NCBI GenBank assembly: GCA_024695235.1
Contig: JAILIP010000013.1
Span: 1-59,453 of the forward strand
Origin: Bacilli bacterium
Lineage (GTDB): Bacteria > Bacillota_I > Bacilli_A > RFN20 > CAG-826
Length of the DNA stretch: 59,453 nucleotides
Direction: 5' to 3'
Part shown: in pieces, positions 52,049 to 59,453 of the stretch
Layout of the letters: every line of letters begins with the position of its first letter
How positions within the stretch are numbered: the stretch's first letter is position 1
Translations under genes and position numbers: made by a program
The notes under the pieces: model-generated
What the model was told of the DNA's origin: nothing
The model's input: only the letters and a program-made list of their open reading frames with translations
Database searches by the model: none

Positions 52049-53035
52049 ATGCAAGCTAAAGTATCATTCACTCAAAAGGTAAAAGAGGAAGTTGTTTCCA
52101 TCTCTTTTAGTGATGAACACTTACGTGCAATTCTCGCTGCATTTATTAAAATAAATGGTTCTTTAACAATCAACAATAAAAAAGAAGGCATCGCCTTAAA
52201 AACAGAAAACGCTAAGATTGCTAAATTCATTTATCATGCAATCGAAAAAGTCTATGGAGTTCCATGCCGTTTTACATACTCCAAGGCCATGAACTTTAAG
52301 AAGCGTTTATTCTATAACGTAGTTGTTGATGAAGCAGATTACATTATTTCCGATCTTGAAATCAACTTCCTTGATGGCAAGATTGCTAAAAGCATTGTTT
52401 CAAATGATGACTTAATTGCTGGATATATTTCTGGAGCATTCCTTGCAAGTGGCTCAGTTAATTCTCCAAAGAAATCTAACTACCATCTTGAAATTGCTTT
52501 AACAGACGCTAACTATGCTAAGTGGTTCTCAAAACTCTTCCTCAAATACAAAGGTGGAGAATTTAACGTTAAGATCATCAAACGTCGTAATCAACATGTT
52601 GTGTATTTAAAACGCAGTTCTCAAATCGTAGATTTCCTCATCCTCATTGGTGCGACAAATACAGCACTAGAGTTTGAGAATGTTCGTATTAGTAGAGACT
52701 TCTCTAACATCGGTAATAGACTTAACAATTTGGATGCCGCTAATTATTCAAAAACAACAAGTGCTGCTCAAAGACAAATTCATGATATTCAAGTCATAGA
52801 CAAAGTCTTTGGTATCGATAACATCAAAAATGAGAAGCAAAGAGAACTCATGAAACTAAGACTTACAAGTGATGATCTTTCTTTACAAGAAATGGCGGCG
52901 AGATTAAGTGAAGTTTTAGGCAAAGAAGTATCACGTAGTAATATTAATCACCTCTTCAGAGCAATCCACGCTCAAGCAGTCCAATACGAGGAAACTTACA
53001 ATGAAAGTGTCTCAAGTTCTAGGAAAGAGAATTGA
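52049..53035 (+). CDS. whiA: DNA-binding protein WhiA
   Basis: SFT..VKEE, GAFLASGS..P...YHLE, NR.NN...AN..KT, C-terminal HTH. Confidence 0.92.
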   Translation: MQAKVSFTQKVKEEVVSISFSDEHLRAILAAFIKINGSLTINNKKEGIALKTENAKIAKFIYHAIEKVYGVPCRFTYSKAMNFKKRLFYNVVVDEADYIISDLEINFLDGKIAKSIVSNDDLIAGYISGAFLASGSVNSPKKSNYHLEIALTDANYAKWFSKLFLKYKGGEFNVKIIKRRNQHVVYLKRSSQIVDFLILIGATNTALEFENVRISRDFSNIGNRLNNLDAANYSKTTSAAQRQIHDIQVIDKVFGIDNIKNEKQRELMKLRLTSDDLSLQEMAARLSEVLGKEVSRSNINHLFRAIHAQAVQYEETYNESVSSSRKEN

Positions 53036-53228
53036 GTATCTTCGTAAATCAAAAGGCTGGTCGCAGTTAGAACTTGCTTTAGAAAGTGAAGTTAACAAAA
53101 ATTATCTTTGTGATTTAGAAAAAGGACGTCGCAATCCATCACTAGAAATACTGGAGAGAATTGCTGATGCACTAAACATAAGTTTAGAAGAACTCTTCAA
53201 AGGTGTTCATTCAATTCCAGAAATCTAG
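53001..53228 (+). CDS. XRE-family HTH regulator
   Basis: LRK.KGWSQ.ELA..LEKGRRNPSL...IA.AL; SD GAGGA inside whiA. Confidence 0.85.
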   Translation: MKVSQVLGKRIEYLRKSKGWSQLELALESEVNKNYLCDLEKGRRNPSLEILERIADALNISLEELFKGVHSIPEI

Positions 53229-53245
53229 CCCACATGGGCTTTTTT
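53227..53245 (+). terminator. Rho-independent terminator
   Basis: AGCCC-acat-GGGCT plus Ts. Confidence 0.75.
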
Positions 53246-53253
53246 CTTTGTAA

Positions 53254-53308
53254 AGAAAGCACTTTCACAACAAAAATATATTGTATAAGTCCAAGTATTA
53301 TATATAAT
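53254..53308 (+). promoter_or_regulatory. cre-like site plus gap promoter
   Basis: AGAAAGCACTTTCA at 53254-53267; TTGTAT-16-TATAAT. Confidence 0.5.
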
Positions 53309-53343
53309 AATATCATCAAAATATTAAAGGAGGACATTTATAT

Positions 53344-54414
53344 ATGTCAGTCAAAGTTGCAATTAATGGATTTGGACGTATCGGCCGTTTGGCATTCCGT
53401 CAAATGTTTGGTGCAGAAGGTTATGAAATCGTCGCAATCAACGATTTAACTTCCCCAAAGATGCTCGCCAATCTATTAAAATATGACACCGCTCAAGGTG
53501 GATATGCTGGTTTCTATGGTGAAGCCCGTCATACAGTCTCGAGCAAAGAACCAGTCTTAGCAGAAGACGGAAAGACAATCGTCACTCCAGGTTCAATCAC
53601 AGTTGACGGAAAAGAAATCACCATCTATGCTGAACCAAAAGCCGAAAACCTCCCATGGGGAAAACTCGGTGTTGATGTTGTCTTAGAATGTACAGGTTTC
53701 TACACAAGCCGTGAAAAATCACTCGCTCACATTAAAGCCGGTGCACGTAAAGTCGTCATCTCTGCTCCAGCAGGTAAAGATTTACCAACCATCGTCTATG
53801 GCGTTAACGAAAAGACACTTAAAGCCAGTGATGATGTCATCTCAGCTGCAAGCTGCACAACCAACTGCTTAGCCCCAATGGCAAAAGCTCTCAATGATTT
53901 AGCTCCAATTAAATCAGGCATCATGAGCACAATTCACGCTTACACTGGTGACCAAATGATTCTTGATGGTCCACACAGAAAAGGTGACTTACGTAGAGCC
54001 CGTGCCGGTGCTGCGAACATCGTTCCAAACAGCACAGGTGCTGCTAAAGCTATCGGCTTAGTTATTCCAGAACTCAATGGCAAACTCATTGGTTCCGCTC
54101 AACGTGTCCCAGTTGCTACTGGTTCCACAACAATCTTAACAGCCGTTGTTAAAGGTAAAGATGTCACAGCTGAAGGCATCAATGCTGCTATGAAGGTTGC
54201 TGCTAACCAATCCTTCGGTTACAACGAAGATCAAATCGTTTCCTCCGACGTTATCGGTATGAGATTCGGTTCCTTATTCGATGCTACACAAACAATGGTT
54301 AGCAAAATCGCTGATGATTTATATGAAGTCCAAGTCGTCTCTTGGTATGACAACGAAAACTCCTATACATCACAAATGGTCCGCACCATCAAATACTTTG
54401 CGGAAAAGTGCTAA
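53344..54414 (+). CDS. gap: Glyceraldehyde-3-phosphate dehydrogenase
   Basis: [21 protein letters not shown]. Confidence 0.98.
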   Translation: MSVKVAINGFGRIGRLAFRQMFGAEGYEIVAINDLTSPKMLANLLKYDTAQGGYAGFYGEARHTVSSKEPVLAEDGKTIVTPGSITVDGKEITIYAEPKAENLPWGKLGVDVVLECTGFYTSREKSLAHIKAGARKVVISAPAGKDLPTIVYGVNEKTLKASDDVISAASCTTNCLAPMAKALNDLAPIKSGIMSTIHAYTGDQMILDGPHRKGDLRRARAGAANIVPNSTGAAKAIGLVIPELNGKLIGSAQRVPVATGSTTILTAVVKGKDVTAEGINAAMKVAANQSFGYNEDQIVSSDVIGMRFGSLFDATQTMVSKIADDLYEVQVVSWYDNENSYTSQMVRTIKYFAEKC

Positions 54415-54507
54415 TTAACTCAATAGAGTTCAATTAACCCATAGAAAAATATACGGCACCTGTGTACTATGGGTGCCGTTATTATTGAAATAAAGGAGAA
54501 TTTAACT

Positions 54508-55737
54508 ATGTTAACAGTTAAAGAAATGAACAATCTTCAAGGCAAACGTGTGATTGTTCGTGTTGACTTCAACGTCCCACTCAAGAGTGGTGAAATCCGC
54601 GATGACAACAGAATCGTTGCCGCCTTGCCAACCATCAAGGAATTAATTGCTAAAGGTGCTAGAGTTGTCTTAATGTCCCATTTAGGCAAAGTCAAACACA
54701 AATTAGCCCAAGAAGATCCAGAAAAATTTGCCAAACAAATCAAAGATGGTAACTTAGAACCAGTTGCTAAACGTTTAGGCGAATTATTAAATCAACCAGT
54801 CGTGTTTGTTCCTGAAACACGTGGTGAAAACTTAACAAACGCTGTCAACGCTTTAAAAGATGGCGAAGTGTTATTAATGCAAAATACCCGTTATGAAAAG
54901 GGTGAAGAAAAGAACGATCCTGAATTAGCCAAGATCTGGGCTGCTTTAGGCGATGCATTCGTCATGGATGCCTTCGGTTCCGCTCATAGAGCTCACGCCT
55001 CCACATACGGTATCCCAGAAATCTTAAAAGGCGAAGGTAAACCAGTCGCTGTTGGTTACCTCGTTGAAAAAGAAGTCGCTAACTTAACAAGATGTGTTGA
55101 TGTTAAAGACGAAGACCGTCCATACGTCGCTATCTTAGGTGGCTTAAAAGTTTCCGATAAGATTAAAGTTATCGAATCCTTATTAAATAAGTGTGATAAA
55201 GTCCTCATCGGTGGTGCTATGGCATTCACATTCTTAAGAGCTTTAGGTCACACAACTGGCAATTCCCCAGTGGAAGAAGACCAATTAGAATACGCCAAGA
55301 ACTGCTATGTCAAAGCGAATGGCAAAATCGTCTTACCAGTTGACTCCGTCATCGGTGATGCTTTCGACCCAGCAGAAAGAACAACAGTCGAAACTGTTCA
55401 ATCTGGTGAAATTCCAGAAGGTTTCCAAGGCTTAGACATCGGTCCAAAGACCAGAGAACTCTTCGCTAACGAAATCGCCAAAGCCAGAATGATTTTCTGG
55501 AACGGCCCAAGTGGTGTCTTCGAACAAGATGAATTCCAAAAAGGTACATTAGCCATTTGTGAAGCTATCGCTAAAAACGACAAAGCCTTCACTGTCTGTG
55601 GTGGTGGTGACTCCGCCGCTGCTGTCAAACAATTCGGCTATAAAGACAAATTCTCTCACGTTTCCACAGGTGGCGGTGCTTCCTTAGAAATGATTGAAAA
55701 CGATGGCCACTTACCAGGCATCGACGTGGTTAGATAA
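54508..55737 (+). CDS. pgk: Phosphoglycerate kinase
   Basis: RVDFNVP, SHLG, DAFG.AHR.HAS, STGGGASL; start at ATG 54508 after AAGGAG. Confidence 0.98.
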   Translation: MLTVKEMNNLQGKRVIVRVDFNVPLKSGEIRDDNRIVAALPTIKELIAKGARVVLMSHLGKVKHKLAQEDPEKFAKQIKDGNLEPVAKRLGELLNQPVVFVPETRGENLTNAVNALKDGEVLLMQNTRYEKGEEKNDPELAKIWAALGDAFVMDAFGSAHRAHASTYGIPEILKGEGKPVAVGYLVEKEVANLTRCVDVKDEDRPYVAILGGLKVSDKIKVIESLLNKCDKVLIGGAMAFTFLRALGHTTGNSPVEEDQLEYAKNCYVKANGKIVLPVDSVIGDAFDPAERTTVETVQSGEIPEGFQGLDIGPKTRELFANEIAKARMIFWNGPSGVFEQDEFQKGTLAICEAIAKNDKAFTVCGGGDSAAAVKQFGYKDKFSHVSTGGGASLEMIENDGHLPGIDVVR

Positions 55738-55739
55738 TT

Positions 55740-56495
55740 ATGAGAAGAAAATTATTATTAGGTAACTGGAAGATGAACAAACTCGCTAGCGAAGCTAAAG
55801 AGTTTGCTATCGCTTCCCGTGACTTAGCTAAAAAAGCTGAAGCTAACAACATCGACTTAGGTGTTGCTCCAACATACCTTTCCTTAGCCGCGGTTAAAGA
55901 AAACGCTGCTAAAGAAATGATCGTGGCCGCTCAAAACGTCCACTTCAACGACCACGGTGCATTTACTGGTGAAGTTTCTATCCCAATGCTCAAAGAATTC
56001 GGTATTGACTGGGTCTTAATCGGTCATAGCGAAAGAAGAACATACGATAACGAAACAAACGAAAAATGTAATGCCAAAATCAAAGCCTTAATCGCTAATG
56101 ATATGGTGCCAGTTTACTGCGTTGGTGAAACTCTCGAACAATTCGAAGCTAACCAAACAAAAGCCGTTGTCGGTGAACAAGTTCGCGTTGGTTTAAAAGA
56201 ATTAACCTCCGAACAAGTCAAAAATTTAGTCGTTGCTTATGAACCAGTTTGGTCCATTGGTACTGGCAAAAACGCTTCTACAGAAATCGCAGAGGATGTC
56301 TGCAAATTCATTCGTGATGTCTTAAGAGAATTATTCGGTGATGTCGCTGATGAAATCAGAGTCTTGTACGGTGGTTCCGTGAAACCAGAAAACATCAAAG
56401 CATACCTTTCTTGCCCAGATGTTGATGGTGGCTTAGTTGGTGGTGCTTCCTTAAAGATTGATTCTTACGAAGCATTATTAACAAACATTCTTTAA
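55740..56495 (+). CDS. tpiA: Triosephosphate isomerase
   Basis: GNWKMN, GHSERR, AYEPVW.IGTG, YGGSV. Confidence 0.98.
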   Translation: MRRKLLLGNWKMNKLASEAKEFAIASRDLAKKAEANNIDLGVAPTYLSLAAVKENAAKEMIVAAQNVHFNDHGAFTGEVSIPMLKEFGIDWVLIGHSERRTYDNETNEKCNAKIKALIANDMVPVYCVGETLEQFEANQTKAVVGEQVRVGLKELTSEQVKNLVVAYEPVWSIGTGKNASTEIAEDVCKFIRDVLRELFGDVADEIRVLYGGSVKPENIKAYLSCPDVDGGLVGGASLKIDSYEALLTNIL

Positions 56496-56498
56496 TAA

Positions 56499-57275
56499 AT
56501 GGCTACTTATAGTAACGACAATTCCCAAGTTGTTTACGATTTTTCAAGTAAGCAAACCAAAGGTGCTTTCTTAACAAAAGTCTTTGGTATGATGTTTGTC
56601 CTGTTACTCATCACCACTGTGGTGGCAGCAGGCCTCGGTTACGGCTCCCAATATTTCTTGGAACAAGCCGTTAACGCGGATAACGGACAACTTGTCACAA
56701 ACATCGTTTATGGTTTAGTCGGAACATTAATTGTTTCCGCGATTGCCTTACTTATCATGTCGTTTGTCTTACCAATCACTTATTTAAGAGGCAGACATAA
56801 TATCCTCGTTCCACTAATGATTTATGTGGTCTTAATGGGGATTATGCTCTCAACATTTACATTCCTCTTTGATTGGGTGATTCTTGTTGAGGCATTTGGC
56901 ATTACGACAGTCATCTTCGGTGTGATGGCCTTATTAGGCTATCTAAGCAAAGGAAGACTCGCTGGTATAGGCTTTATCCTACTAGGTCTATTAATCGGCG
57001 CTTTAGCCCTTTCTTTAGTGAATTACCTGATGATTATGTTCGGTGGTGTTAAACAAGGCAATGTGACTCTATCTTGGATTGTCTCATTATTAATCTTCGG
57101 TTTCTTAATGCTCGTCACCTTATATGACGTCAACCGTATTAAGAGAATTGCCGAATCAGGAGCGGGCACAAATAACAATTTAGTTTATTACTGCGCCTTC
57201 ATCCTTTTTACAGATTTCATCTCTATCTTAATTAGAGTGATCTACTACCTAGCGATTTTTACTAGAAGAAGATAA
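56499..57275 (+). CDS. Bax inhibitor-1/YccA-family membrane protein
   Basis: About 7 TM; FL.KVF, YD..RIK, LF.DFI. Confidence 0.8.
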   Translation: MATYSNDNSQVVYDFSSKQTKGAFLTKVFGMMFVLLLITTVVAAGLGYGSQYFLEQAVNADNGQLVTNIVYGLVGTLIVSAIALLIMSFVLPITYLRGRHNILVPLMIYVVLMGIMLSTFTFLFDWVILVEAFGITTVIFGVMALLGYLSKGRLAGIGFILLGLLIGALALSLVNYLMIMFGGVKQGNVTLSWIVSLLIFGFLMLVTLYDVNRIKRIAESGAGTNNNLVYYCAFILFTDFISILIRVIYYLAIFTRRR

Positions 57276-57287
57276 AAAACAAACTAT

Positions 57288-57318
57288 AAAAGAGGGGTGC
57301 TTAGCATCTCTCTTTTTT
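57288..57318 (+). terminator. Rho-independent terminator
   Basis: AGAGGGGTGC-tta-GCATCTCTCT plus Ts. Confidence 0.85.
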
Positions 57319-57422
57319 ATTTTATTGCTCAAAAGAATAAAAATAACTTTATCTTCAAGCCTTTTTAAGGGAAGATAAATAGTAGATTTACTTTGAATGA
57401 TATCTCCAGAAAGGAATTATTT

Positions 57423-58937
57423 ATGAAAAAGTCTCTTCTTTTATTTTCCATGATTGCCGCTTTATGCGTTACTGGCTGTAGTGGTGCTTCAACAAGTGAA
57501 AAATCACAAGGTACAAATGAACCAAGTGAAAGCTCAAATGTTGATCCAGTTAATCCATCATCAAGTAAAAATGATGAATCTTCCAATAGTTCTAGTTCAT
57601 CTTCTCAACCTGCCGCTCCTAAAGAAGAAGTGAAAAACGATAACTTTACTCTTCTTAAACCAAATAATCTATCTTCCATGAGCAATAACTGTAAGCAATA
57701 TGTCGATGATATGCGTACTCAACAAAGAAAGCTCATTCAAGAAAAAGGCACTCAAGCGGATTATTACTTAAATGATTTATATGGTACTGCTGGCGTTGAC
57801 CTCACCAAAGGTGTTTTACCAAGCACTCGTGATTATCAAGACAACACAGGTGGCTATCGTGATGGCACCACAGAGAACAACTATTTAGATCCTATCGGTG
57901 CGGATTACACCAAAGGTGAAAAGAGTGATGAATCTAAAGGTATTGAAATCGAATTCACACCTGCTGATGCTTTAAAGAACAAACAATACACAATTACTTA
58001 TAGTCAAAAGGAAGATTTCTCTGATGCGAAATCATTTAATTCCAATGACACTAAAGTGTATCTCAAAAACCTTTTAGTCAATCAAAAATACTACGTTAAA
58101 GTCTCCGCGGATGGCAAAGATTCACAAACCATTAACTTTACCACTGGTGATTATCCACGTTGGATTGACGCTCGACCAATGTTCAATGTCCGTGATATGG
58201 GTGGCTATATGACTTCCTCTGGTCAAAGAATTAAACAAGGTTTAGTTTATAGAGGTGGAGAAATCAACAAGAAAACTGGTTGGTATGGTACACAACGCTA
58301 TACTGACGATACAGGCAAAACCGATGCTAGAGATGGTCATATCGTTTCTGAGACAACTGAATCCAAGAGAGCGTTTAGAGAAGATATGGGCATGGTCAAT
58401 GGTCTAGAAATTGACTTAAGAGGTAGTTCTGAAACAAATGGCTATCCTGCTAAAGCAAATTACTGTGACTTTGCTGAGAATAATGATATCTCTTATAAGA
58501 TGCTCTCTATCAGTAGCTACCATAAGGGTATGCAAAATAACACCACACAGATCAAACAATTATTTGAAGCTTTCTCTCAAGCAGATCAACACCCAGTTTA
58601 TTTCCATTGTTATGGTGGTGCTGACCGTACAGGTGTTGTCGGCTTTATGCTCGGTGCAATGCTTGGCATGAGCTATACAGACTTAGTTATCGACTTTGAA
58701 TTAACAAGTTATAGTTCTAATCCATCCAGAAATTATCGTAGTCATTTACGTAATGGCCCATGGAATGAATGGCCAGGCATGGTGGACTACCTTAAAGGAA
58801 CTTTAGGTTGGGAAAGAGATGGCGCTCCAGCCAAAACCATTAAACAAGGCATGGAAGAATATTTGCTTAATAAATGCAGAATTTCTCAAGAAACAATTAA
58901 TAAAATTAGAGAAATTATGCTCGAGCCTGCAAAATAA
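57423..58937 (+). CDS. Lipoprotein PTP-like phosphatase (MptpB/LipA type)
   Basis: Lipobox VTGC, Ser-rich linker, NVRDMGG, YRG, IDLR, HCYGGADRTG; start at ATG 57423. Confidence 0.85.
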   Translation: MKKSLLLFSMIAALCVTGCSGASTSEKSQGTNEPSESSNVDPVNPSSSKNDESSNSSSSSSQPAAPKEEVKNDNFTLLKPNNLSSMSNNCKQYVDDMRTQQRKLIQEKGTQADYYLNDLYGTAGVDLTKGVLPSTRDYQDNTGGYRDGTTENNYLDPIGADYTKGEKSDESKGIEIEFTPADALKNKQYTITYSQKEDFSDAKSFNSNDTKVYLKNLLVNQKYYVKVSADGKDSQTINFTTGDYPRWIDARPMFNVRDMGGYMTSSGQRIKQGLVYRGGEINKKTGWYGTQRYTDDTGKTDARDGHIVSETTESKRAFREDMGMVNGLEIDLRGSSETNGYPAKANYCDFAENNDISYKMLSISSYHKGMQNNTTQIKQLFEAFSQADQHPVYFHCYGGADRTGVVGFMLGAMLGMSYTDLVIDFELTSYSSNPSRNYRSHLRNGPWNEWPGMVDYLKGTLGWERDGAPAKTIKQGMEEYLLNKCRISQETINKIREIMLEPAK

Positions 58938-58965
58938 ATTAAGGTTTTAAAGAGAAATAATAAAG

Positions 58966-58997
58966 AGAGATCAGAAAAATCTGGTCTCTTTCTTTTT
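58966..58997 (+). terminator. Rho-independent terminator
   Basis: AGAGATCAGA..TCTGGTCTCT plus T-rich tail. Confidence 0.8.
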
Positions 58998-59069
58998 ATA
59001 TAATAACGCGTACGCGCGCGTTATACAGGCGCATATATGCATATTTTTATAAAAAATATTAAAAAGTAC

Positions 59070-59200
59070 TTGCACACTATATTAACATGCGTATAATAGA
59101 TAAAGCGCGCCCCAAAAGGGAAAGCGAAATATCACTGAAAAAAATGGTGAAAAAAAATTAAAAAAAGCCATTGACATTAATAAATGTTAAGTGATATCAT
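59070..59200 (+). promoter_or_regulatory. Tandem rRNA promoters P1 and P2
   Basis: TTGCAC-16-TATAAT at 59070-59097; TTGACA-18-TATCAT at 59171-59200; A-tract UP elements. Confidence 0.8.
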
Positions 59201-59259
59201 ATCAAAGCACGTGTCGGGGAGACCCAATGAGATTATTACTAAAGTAATAACGTGCAACT

Positions 59260-59273
59260 GATCTTTGAAAACT
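59260..59273 (+). promoter_or_regulatory. rrn boxA antitermination element
   Basis: GATCTTTGAAAACT in the rRNA leader. Confidence 0.75.
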
Positions 59274-59356
59274 AAACAGATGTACAAACATCACAACGTC
59301 AATTTGTTTAATAAAACAAAAATACAAAACCAGATAATTATTTTGAACTAGAATAA

Positions 59357-59453
<97 letters not shown>

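Noticed and set aside
50299-53035. Possible UGA recoding (only two TGA stops, both within gene overlaps)
   Set aside because: Trp is always TGG, no in-frame TGA interrupts a conserved gene, and both TGA stops give sensible protein ends
53544-53595. Short insertion in GAPDH, and similar lineage inserts in RpoB and RpoC
   Set aside because: Probable surface-loop indels with no intein or splicing motifs
237-58671. Many 60-170 aa alternative-frame and antisense ORFs in the ORF track (e.g. 43594-44112, 11682-12095)
   Set aside because: They lie inside well-supported genes, have no recognisable motifs or SDs, and are expected shadows of biased codon usage

Overview
A low-GC (Bacillota/Bacilli-type) core chromosomal segment. 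The mollicute-like traits (many lipoproteins, an ABC ATPase with a coiled-coil insert) suggest an uncultured gut or rumen Bacilli lineage; this is inference. All 47 CDS I can support lie on the + strand and read in genetic code 11. In order: ygeY/ygeW-like pair, sdaA-cysS-rlmB-sigH, mrp, rpmG-secE-nusG, arsR-cadA, rplKAJL-ybxB-rpoBC, a surface M6 protease and a surface endonuclease I, rpsL-rpsG-fusA-tuf, two RDD paralogs, a CUT1-type ABC importer plus an OB-fold lipoprotein, tRNA-Lys(CUU), a P-loop kinase, a Rex-like wHTH, nifJ, tRNA-Pro, uvrA-lgt-HAD-trxB-rapZ-whiA-XRE, gap-pgk-tpiA-yccA, a PTP-like lipoprotein, and the start of an rRNA operon. I saw no mobile element, CRISPR array or defence system. 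The most notable points: (1) an intact tRNA-Pro with the A34 anticodon AGG, rare in bacteria and the only minus-strand gene; (2) no in-frame CGG codon in a by-eye scan; (3) a candidate extracellular nucleic-acid scavenging system; (4) a Rex-derived wHTH without the NAD(H) domain, upstream of PFOR; (5) a hairpin occluding the sigH ribosome-binding site; (6) many apparently leaderless genes; (7) a TrxB lacking the NADPH motifs. All calls are by eye and no searches were run.
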